Assembly: GCA_030141605.1 (NCBI GenBank)
Contig: JAQGDQ010000358.1
Coordinates: 124,001-188,000, forward strand
From: Tubiluchus corallicola
Lineage: Eukaryota; Animalia; Priapulida
Direction: 5' to 3'
Length of the DNA: 64,000 nt
Below are positions 12,928 to 24,500 of this stretch, in pieces. Below the pieces are notes generated by a model. The model saw only the letters and a list, made by a program, of their open reading frames with translations, did no database searches and had not been told where the DNA came from. Every line of letters begins with the position of its first letter. Positions within the stretch are counted from its first letter, which is position 1. The position numbers were made by a program, and so were the translations under genes.

Positions 12928-13620
12928 CTTTGCAGCCTTTTTATCTGCAAATAATTAGTCAGTTTGTGGCAGCCAACCCTAAATCATCAACAGATAAGTG
13001 TGTTTAGACCTATAGTACATTTAAAATTGACTGTCATTCTCATCGACCACACGCTCCTTTAACGATGACAAACTCGATGCTGACAGTGATCTGAAGGGAC
13101 TATAGGAAATAGGAAAACCTGTATTGCCTGTCTCAGTCATCTGCTATTCAATGCAGTATTTCTAAAATCTTCTGCATTCACTCTAGCAATGCATGCGCAG
13201 AAACAGATTACTAGACTCGAGCAAATGGTATGGCGAACGATGCTCAGTATATGTACAATACAAAAAACTGCATTTGATCCATGGCAAAAACACTAAAACA
13301 CTCTTAGAGGAAATACATCACTTCTGAAGTGTAGCTTTATTCTTTCTGCCCACATGTAGCATTAAAATGTACAGTTTACTTTCCAACTTAAATTCACAAA
13401 TGCTTATTATACTTTGCCAAACAAATCACTCATGGAATTCACGACAGCGGCAATGGCATGCAAAAACTAAATTAATTTTACACGTATACAGAACTCTGTA
13501 CTTATAGTACTGCATTCTACGAACTTCTAAGATGGTCGTAGGAAATTCCCGAAACAGTTTAGTTTTACAGATAACGGACAAAAATAGCATTGAATCTGAA
13601 ACTGAATAAAACGAACAATG
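12928..13620. promoter_or_regulatory. Putative bidirectional promoter between SLC46/AKR (minus) and ING4/5 (plus)
   Basis: Head-to-head gene arrangement and locally higher CpG content. NRF1-like TGCATGCGCA at 13190-13199; NF-kB consensus GGGAATTTCC (minus) at 13541-13550; YY1-like caATGGCG over the ING start codon; minus-strand donor AAG|gttagt at 12927 that could end a non-coding first exon. Confidence 0.5.
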
Positions 13621-16600
13621 GCGACTGCAATGTATTTGGAGCATTATTTAGACAGTTAGTATAATTAAGTAAAATCAAGTCGGCTTTTTGTGACTGAAAT
13701 AATTTAATGAATAGAATAAATAGGGTGATAATGTAGTTCAAGCCACTAATCCTCAGTTTAAGTCACGATTAGATCGCTATTGGCTACACAATTCGGAATA
13801 AATTGTTGATGGTAGACTTAGTTGCAGTAGGATATATTGCGCGGCACGGTCAAGATTAGATTTTTTTAGCTAAAATGAGTGGGGGTGCTGCTTCAGAAAA
13901 TTTTTAGCTATTGTTTTAATACTGTGTAAAACGTAACAAACATGTAATCTTAATTGTAGTAGTAGTTATATTTGAAGATCAGGTCATGAATGGCCTCTTA
14001 TTAACTGCAACTTTCACATGGAGAGACAACTGTGAAAAATTAAGCTGTTGTAGTTCACTTACAGCCACAGAACTTATTTCTTGGGGATGCAAGGCGTCCA
14101 TTATTAAATCATTTATGTCTTAAGCACACATGCTTATTTCACACTTTATCATATCCAAGAATATGACATTACACAGTAAGCACGTGACAGTTGTTACTGT
14201 GATAGAGACAGTACTTTTCTACCTAGCAACAGACGCTAACATACGTGTGTTATCTCAGACATGTGCGCGTGGCCGCATTGCTTGGGCTGTGAAGTAAATT
14301 CTGCTCTCCTCACGTACTCTGGTCCTGCACAAGTATAAAAAAGAACAAGAGAAAAAGACTTGTTATACAGTATGCGCCGCTTAATAGACTCACTTTGGGA
14401 CCGAAATGTTTTGACCCAGTTAACCGACTGAACCTATTAACCGATGGGTGTAGTATTACTGGTATAGAAGTATGATCGATGCGCTGCAAAAGTCTATAAT
14501 GAATTTTAGAAAAGAAGTAATGCTTAAATTCCTTATTGCAGCTGAAAATTAAAAAATATATTTTAAAATATTAATTTATATAAGTGAATTAGCAATAAAT
14601 TAAAAAGTATACTTTTCTAAACCACACAAGTCTGTTTATTTGCAAAAATTACAAGAATTCCTTCAAAGTCGGCTGCTTCATTTTATCACAAAGAAGCTGG
14701 CTCACTAACATGCAAAATTTCATCTCTGATGCCCACAACATTAGCATATACCGAAAAATTTGTACTACAACTTGCACAAGATTGCACACCATGAAGAAAA
14801 GCATAATATCTTTATCGTACTTTGAAGTTCGGATGGACCACTTTTCAGCCACATATTGATAAAACACAGTAAATTTAATTTTGTCTGAATTTCTGACCAG
14901 CAGTGAAATAATTGTAGAAATGGGCAGTTTGGGCACCAAAAAAGAATTCTAAAGGTGAAATGATTTAAAATCTACATTTATGAGCTGTACCTTAAAGAAG
15001 CACCAAATCTGGCTATATGGCTGACTTTACGAAAAAACTGATTTCACAACTTTTCCTGGCATGATTAAATGCAAAAAGTTATTTCTTTCCTTCATAAAAC
15101 TATTCAAAAAGGTTAAAATTATTTTTAAACAGAATTTACCCTGCTGAGCTAATTCTATTCAAATTTTCAATTATGTTGTGAGTCTGTTTGAATGTTGGCC
15201 ATAATTTAAAAGGCAGCCTCAAAGTCATTGTGCTGTGAGAAGTCAAAGAAGCATTTAGTTTTGTATGTATATTGTCTTTGTAGTAAAGTGAAAACTTGAT
15301 GGGAAGTTTAGCTACCAAATTTTGGTGTAGTCATTATAGATAATGAATTTTGTTCAACCTCAGAACCACCATTGAAAGAACCGTCAATAAAACTTAGTGT
15401 GGCCAACAATGACATATGTAGTGGCCACCAATTAGATCTGCTTTTGAACTTTAGTTGAAAACGGCCAGCTCTGGCAATACGGCCAACTTTGGTAAAACTG
15501 AAATCACAACAGCTTATTCCATGTCAAATATATAAATAAAATTATTTTTTATTTATATTATTTTTACCAGGAAGCCTACACTTCCAATTTTTTTCGATCA
15601 TTTGTGATATCCTGTAAAAACTAAGGAAAGTCTTTCTGGGTATGCAGTTTGATAATTTATTTTTATTTAGCTTATTTTTTATGTGCCACTTTTCCAAATA
15701 TTTTCTTTGTTGCAGGTTTAGAAAGTTTACCCAATGAATTGAACAGAAACTTTACACTTATGAGGGACTTGGACCAGAGAGCTCAAGGTAGTTACGTGTT
15801 TCTTATTTTATATTTATTATAATCACTATAGCCATGTTTTGCTGAAAATGAGTAACTAATATACGTCTGTTATTGCAATGGGAAACCAGCGATATTGTCT
15901 TTTTCATAATACCTACCTTAGGGAAGGACCAGGTGAAGGAACTAAGAGTGACTTGGCTTTAAGTCTTTTCAACCCTCATCGTCTGCTTATGTTCCAAAAT
16001 ATTATGAAATGGTGCTAAAATTATGAGTTTAACTTGTTTCTTAGATGCTCTTCGGGAAGTCGACAAACGTGCTGATGAATACCTTGGCAATGTACGCAAC
16101 ATGTCTCCAGAGAAGCGCAAAGATGCGTTAGAGAAAATCAATAAGCTATTTGGGAAGAGTCGAGAGTACTGCGATGATAAAGTTTCTCTAGCAATGCAGA
16201 CGTACGAAATGGTAAAAACATTTTTTATGAACATGTTGGAAAACACAACTTCAAAACACCATAAAGTTTTTTTGTGGATACTGTATAATGAAAAAGCCTG
16301 TTCTTTAGTTTTAATTTTTTTTTAGTTAACTTTAACAGTATATCAATTGGTGTTTTGTTACCATGTAAACATGTCGCATTTCTTCTCACAGTTTTTCCAA
16401 TTTTATTTTTAGCAATGTTTAATTGATGTCTTGACATAAGTTTTCAAATAACCAGGTTAAGTTAATTGTGCCTTCTGACTTTTGTAGGTGGACAAGCACA
16501 TTAGAAAACTGGATGCTGATTTAGCGAGATTTGAAGCCGATCTAAAAGAGAAGTCTCTTAGCACACATTCCGATTCTGATGCCCCCAAAAGTAAGTCATT

Positions 16601-18874
16601 GATAATACGTGTGCATGCGATTGATTTTTGCAAAGTTATATGTACCATGAGCTTTATGCAAATAAAAAGCATAAAGAGAGAGAGACAGGCAGAGTCAGAC
16701 ATGACAGAGTATCAAAGACCGAAAAAAGGGAAAAGAGAAAAAAGGTTCATAGATATGCAAGCATAGAGAGATTTAGCATAACTGTTAAGTTATGCTAACA
16801 ATTTTTTTTACTACTGTTTGTCTCCTATAAACAATCCAGGTACACATAGCATTTTTGATCTCACCAGCATTTTAAATTTAGATTGTCACCATTGCCTTTT
16901 GTTTAGTTTGCATATTTTTACATGTGATGAAGTCAGTAGACCAGGTAGAAACCTAGTGCTCCAGATAGAAGTGATGTTTGGAAACACTCATACTGCTGCT
17001 TATTATTGTTCAGCAACTCTAGTTGTCATCAATTTCATATGAAACGCTAGTGCATCAATATTTAAATATTTTGTTTATTTACTTAATATTTATAATTAGT
17101 ATTATTTTTATAAACAGCTATTGCTCGATAGCTAGACTGTCTAATAAGTGGTTAATCTGTGCTTTTCAGAAGGCAGGGGCAGAGAAAAGACAGATAAAGC
17201 TAAGAAAGGTGGGAGAGGAAGAGGTAGGACTCAAATATCTGACGACGAAACGCCAAAAATGTCGAAGAAGAAATTGAAAACTTCACAAGTGCCGTATGCA
17301 TCACTTAACAATGTATTTTTAAATCATTTTTGCCCTGTGCTGGCAGTACCAAAGACAAACATCATTGTCACACATATTTTTACAGTGTTGTTGTTATTGT
17401 TGTAATCAAACAACATTAGAATAACTTTACCATTTAAATTAATTTTTTTGTTTTGAATTGCTTTCTATTTTTAAATAATCGTGTACATGTTTGGTTAATG
17501 AGTTTTGATAATTGGACCCCATCTTAAGAAAATTGTGAATTTCTTTGATAATCTTTCAACAGTATCTTCACTGTCTTCTTTTTTTCTTGGGTACTTATAC
17601 AGGCATATTTTGACATTATATCAGTTGTCTAGACTCTATGTTGTTTTTGTTATTTTGTCGCTTCTGCATAGTTTTCTATTTCGACCAATTCAGTCACTTG
17701 CGAATCGTTCTTTCTTTTTGTTCTTTAGAGCTTTCAGATTCTAATAGCTAATAAGAAATAAGAACCGTAAAAACTTCGGAACAGAAAGCACTATACGATG
17801 CAAGGTTTTTATTTGTGATCCTGATCATTGAACACTGCATGACATCAGTTACTCCAAACTTCATCATTTGATTAATTGTCCAATTTATTTGTCACTTTAT
17901 AGTCGGGTTTAAAAATATACTTATCATCAAGTTTGTAATAATTTACAATGCTTAGGGCTACTACAGGTAATTTCGTTTAGTTTTCCCACAAACTCAGACA
18001 AGACTGTGGATAGCATTTTTATGCGACCAGCAGATGCTCCTAGTTTTGTCTAAATAAATGTGTACATGCTGATTATCATATGCCTTTCTTACAAAATTCA
18101 CAAAATATTTTTAACAAACAAAATTTTCACTATTTACAGCATCTATTGTAATCTTCTCGTATTCTTTATTTTCAGACCAGAATCTCCTATTGCGGGTGCT
18201 TTGGCTGCACTTCCTATGTCTATTACACATCCTTCCGATGTCCTTGACATGCCCGTTGATCCAAATGAACCAACATATTGCCTGTGTCATCAAGTGTCAT
18301 ATGGCGAAATGATTGGCTGTGACAATCCAGATGTAAGCAAACATAATTTTTGTTATTGTATTTATCACAATTCCCTGTCTCTCTGGTAAAAAAATTTCAA
18401 GCAGGTTGCAGTACCTATTTATTTATGCTTATAACAAAGCTTATATAGCCACAAAACAATATCTGTGGCTAAAATATCTGTAAGATATATGTTATGATGT
18501 TATGCTGCATTTCTGAAAACTAATGCTCTATGATGATTGTAAGGAACTGAGCTTGACTGTGCCTGGTTTCAAGGCACTGTCTTACTTAATGATGTTTGAA
18601 AAAGTTTCCGTCCTTATACTGAGAGCTACAATTTTGTCTAAGCAATTAACGGTGTTCTTTCTGTTTGTACACTTATTTTTTACTGTGGTGGTAAAAGTTT
18701 TTCAAGGTAAGTTTTTCATGTAACTAAAATCAGTGTTCAACATTTACACAATTTTCTGTTTAATTTTAGTGTCCAATTGAATGGTTTCACTTTGCCTGCG
18801 TGGGTCTCACAACAAAACCAAAGGGTAAATGGTTTTGTCCTCGATGTACTTCTGAGCGCAAGAAGAAAATGTAG
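13618..18874 (+). CDS. ING5: Inhibitor of growth protein ING4/5 (PHD finger H3K4me3 reader), 254 aa, 7 coding exons
   Basis: Exons 13618-13654, 15716-15787, 16045-16211, 16488-16590, 17170-17293, 18176-18332 and 18770-18874; all GT-AG, total 765 nt, in frame. [34 protein letters not shown]...[32 protein letters not shown], a basic NLS region, and the [54 protein letters not shown]. Probably the single pre-duplication ING4/ING5 ortholog. Confidence 0.97.
14366..14445 (+). mobile_element. pogo/Tigger-type MITE terminal repeat in ING intron 1
   Basis: TA followed by CAGTATGCGCCGCTTAATAGACTCACTTTGGGACCG...TTAACCGA...TTAACCGA: the TA-CAGT start and internal repeated motif typical of pogo-family termini. 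The partner end was not located. Confidence 0.55.
18525..18626 (+). ncRNA. Candidate intronic box C/D snoRNA in ING intron 6
   Basis: Terminal stem GCTC (18525-28)/GAGC (18623-26), box C ATGATGA 18530-36, CTGA 18547-50, internal hairpin GTGCCT/AGGCAC, C'-like ATGATGT 18589-95, box D CTGA 18619-22. Lies on the sense strand of a housekeeping host intron. Confidence 0.55.
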
Positions 18875-21588
18875 GCATCAACTTCTTTTCCAGAATTGAG
18901 GAATCTACACCTTTACTAGAAAATTTAACATGACAGCTATATGTGCAAAAAAAACTTGTGGTTAATCACTGATCAAAAAATTACTGCAAGATATGTCAAG
19001 TCTTTTGTAACCTACTGTAATTTTATAGTTATCGAAATTTAGTCTATTTTGAAGCTGATTGATTACATTGCTATAAAAAAATTGCAAAAATTATTGTCTT
19101 GCTAAGTGTACAGAATACAGATTCACCCAAATCTAGATGTTACCATGTGGGCAGCCTGAAGGGTTGGCAAATAATGTATTCTAATTTACATCTTACATAA
19201 TATAATTACTTGGTAATTATATCTGTTCATTTAGTTTATGCATGTTTCAGATATCTAAATATCGTTATGTTTTTCTTGAGTGAAATGCAGAGCAAAATCA
19301 GTTTGGCTCTGTATGATGTAACAATTTTGTTGTATTCATAAAAAATTGAAAAGTTACAAAACTGCGCATAACTTAGCAAAAATAACGATAGGCTACAGTG
19401 GCGCATGACTAATCTTTCTCCTTTTTTTCTGATTCTTTAATCTTGCTATCAAGTTGCATATGGTCCTACTATCAAGCTGATGTTGCAATTGAAAGCATGA
19501 TATGCTTTAGTATTTCATTTAATTTATCATTTGTATATAAGATGAATGTTGAGAAAGTAGATGCAGTTTTACCCAAGACATTTTATTTATCACTGTATAT
19601 ATAACATGAGCCTTGCTGTCTATTTTATATGTGCAACTAATAAACTTCCTTTAAGTTATCATTTGCATTTCTTCGTCATTGAAATTATCTTATATAATCC
19701 AAGAAAATATTGTGTAACCCAAATAGAAATACTTACACATAGCAAGCAAAACAAAACAAATGAAAGGAGAGAAATCACCATACAACCTGGGTGATATTCA
19801 TAGGAGTCGTCTGCTTGTTAACATGAGAGCTTAAAACTAAACTACTGTATGACCATTCCATACCTAGGACAATGATTCCTAATTGATATATATTTTGTAT
19901 CCAGGCCCTAGTGCATTGACAATCCCAGTCTATATTAGGGATTGCTAACATCTGATTATCTGATCATGTACTAGTAATAAGCTCCAGGGGTAACTAGGGT
20001 TAAGTTTCAGCAGTGATGCTAAATGCAGAAGGGTGCATCCTGTAGTTAAAGTGACTTGCAAAACTGTTGTTATATGTTTTGTGTTCTTGATATCTACCTG
20101 ATTCCTATACTGAAGTAAAATGGTGCTTGTTCCGAAGTTTCATTTCATGGCTAAAACGCCTGTGCTAAGTTGCACGTTTATTCTCAGAGAACTGTCCTTG
20201 AAAATGAACTAGGTTTTCATTCGGAACAACAATACAAAATTGTTGGCCTTGCACCTAAGAACTGAATTGCTGCTTGCACTGAAAAAACGTTGTGACCCTT
20301 ACAGTCATTAACACTGATACAATCAAGATCAAGACAAGCAATGTTTAATAAAATAAAGACTTATTTCACAAGTTATTTTACATTATTACATTGTCTCACA
20401 AATTTTATGTCTTGTTAATTCAGTTATTGGTACACGCTTCACACAGAAATGTTAATTATTAATCTAGTTAAATATCTACGATAGTTGCAAATAGATACCA
20501 TCTTCTAAACTAACTACACATTTGCTGCAACATGTCTTTACCCAAATTTTCGCTTTGTAAGGCACTGGCGCACAATCGGTTATAGTTAAAACCACTAGTT
20601 AGGCGAACATATTAATTTTAATTTTAATATGTTAATTTTTCTTAAAGTTTTTTAATAATTAACACAAAACAAATGTAACTGGATCAACTGTAACTGTTGC
20701 ATCACATGCTATTGCAAAAATAATAATTGTTAGCAGTCGTCAGTATTTCAGGCAAAAGTTGCTATAACTAGAGTTGAACATGTGTGAGCAGTCTACAGGC
20801 TAATTTCACTATAAAAATCATCTTCAATTCATATAGCTACTGCATCGTACCTTTGCAAACAAACGTAAAATATTAAGAAATTGCTCTACTGTAAACAGTT
20901 TAAATATTAAAATTGCTACTTTAAAGTTAAGAAAAGTACATAAAACTATATCAAAATAATGTTAATTAAAAAGTAATATTTACATGATACAAAACAATAC
21001 ATATACAAATTCTGTAAAACAAATATTATAATGTACTAAGCACGAGCGCGCTTGTCCACATATACAAGATTCTCACAGGTTTAGAAAATACATTTATGAA
21101 CGTTTGTCAGACATTTTTAAAATGTAAAAAATTTGCATCTTGATTTTGGTCATTCAACATTTTGACATCTTCACTCTGGATATGACTGTTATAAAACAAG
21201 CAGCTAGGAAAGATAGAGTAACAGCAGAGTAATTATATGAAACTAAAATGTAGCCAACGTGTAAATGCAATTCTAGAGTAATGAATCTCAATTTGTGCTT
21301 CATTATTTACTATTGTTTTTGACAAGCTGGTCTGTTTGGTAGAAATACTTTATTGCATAGTTTTCAAATCAGTGATTTTTTTTCATCTACGATTCTATAC
21401 TATTCTTAAAAGGTCGAAATTGTGCGCAAGGTCTATTAAAATGAGATTGGCTCTACTCTAAACAATCACAATATTTTAAGTGGAATCTGATCAGAAAGAT
21501 CGTTTATATGAAAATTAAAGCGACCACTCATTGTTGTGATGTCATAGCTGTCGGGTTATGAGCAACATTATGGTATAGAAGATAGACT

Positions 21589-24500
21589 CTAGACCATGAT
21601 GTTGCTCTCACTTATTTCATTAATTTGTGAATAATCAACGCTTCTCAGATTACCGTTCATCATTGGCTTCACTTTTGTGACGTCTGGTCCAGTTGGGAGC
21701 ACTTTTACACCTGCTTTCAACTCCTTCTTCTCGTGAATAACGTTATCTGTCTTTTCCTTCAACGATTTCTCAACGATCTTTGGACTTTCGCTTACCACAA
21801 TTTTTAACGTTTTCTTGATCTCGCTCGGGCTGGCGTTTTTCTCGTCCTTTTCTGGTAATTTTTCTGGCACATTGGGCATGGGTTTCACTGTGGCTTTGTT
21901 CTCTACTGCTGGCTTCATTGCATGCTTCTCTTTACGTGGCATCTTTTGTGGGCTTCCTGGCGCCTTGAGATGCTCTTGACGATAAGCCTCATAGTGAACT
22001 TGATCTGTGACATCCTTGAGATCTTGCATGTGTGTTCTGTGACAACAACAAAACTTATATGATTAGTTGACCGATTCGCTGATTTACTGCTTGATTGATT
22101 GACTAACCAACTAACTAAACAACCAACAAACAAACTGCCTAAATGATTGATTTTCTTACTATCTCAGTTATTATTTCGAGAATTTGTAAATCAACCAATC
22201 ACTTAGTGATTGATTGCCTGCTTGTTTTTTGTTGTTGACTGTATGTGAAGTTGGTTGATTGACTTATTCACATGAATCAACTGCCTATTCGATTAACCAA
22301 TTCATTTATTAGCCAGCTAAATGGGTGGATGACTAGTCGACTGAACTCTGATCGAGTACATTGACTAAGTGACCATCTGTTTAGCTAATAAAATATGCCT
22401 GCATGACAAACATGCTTTTGAAAGTAACCTAGTTGCGTCATGAATAAAATATTTTCCAATAACATTGCGGTATGGATATCTGCATTTATTTAAAAAACGT
22501 TATTTTTACAATATTGTTTTCATTTTTATAGCTACTCTCTGTGTTTCTTTACCTAATGAGAAGGTCTCTTAAATCAGCAAATTCACAGTGCTGACGGTTT
22601 TCAATTTCAATGACTCCCCAGTTTGTTTTCCTTCCCAAAACTTTGCCCTTCTTTTCTACCGTCTCCAGTTGGTTGCCTCCTACGACAGCGAATGGTAACA
22701 TTTGCTGTAAAACAACAAAAAATTCAAATAAATGCGATATTTACTAAAATAAATTGTAAAATGTAAAATTCTGAAATTTTCGCTTTCTGAAATTTAGTGG
22801 ATTCGCGTTGCTGCTATGTGCTACTAGTGGAACTTCTTTTTGCGACCCCGCAGTTTGCAGTCTTCTCGAAATAAAAACAAGAGACTTTTCAGTGAAACAG
22901 GATTAGCTCCAAAATTCTGTACCGGGATTAGAAACCCTACTGTAACACGTCTGAATAAATTGCATTATTTTCCATTGTTGTACCAGTGCACCCTAAACAC
23001 TGGGCCTAACAATAAAACCGCACATATTATTTTCTGTTAGATTATTCGTTCTTCTACTGCGTCTTTGAATATTAAACATTAACATTAATATAATATTAGA
23101 TATTAGTTAATGTTTCAGTCGTCAACTCTGTCGTTTTTTCCCATGTCTAACAATGTTTAAAGGGGGCCTATCGTTTTACGAACCCGAATCCGGTCGTTTA
23201 CTAGACGATCTTCTTCATCCACTTCTGATTCAACGGATGGATAGATTTTGATATTATGCTTTCCGATGTCGTCTTGTATCTACAAATTTTAAACATAATT
23301 ACACTCTTTAAACTCTAATACAATTAAATTTTGGTGTTTGAAACGTCTGAGTCGTCTAGCTTGCATGACTTATGAAAAAAATCACTTTTTGTTACCAAGA
23401 AGCCATACAGAGTCAAATAAGTGACGACACAACCCTCAGCATTGTAATATTGTTAAGCCTACCCGCTTTTTGAAGTCTTTCCTCTCATCCAATGTCAGTG
23501 TGTCAGCTTTAGCTATTACTGGAACAATATTGACAATGTCTCCCAATTTCTTCATAAACTCAATATCTAATGGTCTCAGTCTAAAAATTAAAAACATTTC
23601 TTTAATACTGACTTCAGTATTACGTTCTTCCAGCTCTGATTTCAGTATTACAAATGTTTTACAAAAACCCAAAATCCTTTGCAGACAGTACTTTCCCGGT
23701 TGCAGAACCAAGAAGTGAAACTCCTTCCAGAAGATTTGCCCAACAGTAAATCACTGTCACGGTTTCGGAAAATATTGAAGGTATCTCTTTTTTTCTGCCC
23801 TAATATTCTCTGATTTCTTAAATTATGCAGACAACAGGTAGTAGGCTCGTGTTACTATTAATGTTAACTTTTGTCATGGAAAATAGTTATACTACCGGCC
23901 GTACTGAAAATTTTTAAGGAGTTTTACAAGCTTCATTTTAATTCTAACTTTGCTATAATATTCTATTGTAGCGCATATTGGAATATTTATAGTTAGTGCT
24001 CGAAACCAATTAATTAATTAATATGTACTCATTCTCCATTAACATAACTTTAGCGAATATGTAGCCAAGTACAGCTTAATATCAGAACTGCATATTATTG
24101 TGTTTTTGAGCTGTTTTACCATAATTATGCAAAAACTCCTAAAAATAAAATAAATTATGCATGAAAAACAATCGCATGAAACCCAAGCATTAATATGTGG
24201 AGCAATTTTTCTGGGTTAGATCATTTTAAGCTAATTCTCCTATCTGAACCAGGTCGTTGACTACTCGTATTGAATTTCTTTATCAATAACAAACATCACA
24301 AAAACACTAAACATCTAAACTGTTTAGCTTAAATCTGTAGGGGGCTGTAAATGGAAACAGTCAGGATAAAAATAAACACCAAAAATAAAGATCGTATAAC
24401 AGCTGCCCTTACGAATGTCCAGTTGGAGGAATGAAGTAGAGGCAACAATGAACTCTGGAGTCGGGAATGATCCTTTTTCTGGCAACGTTGACCTCTTCAA

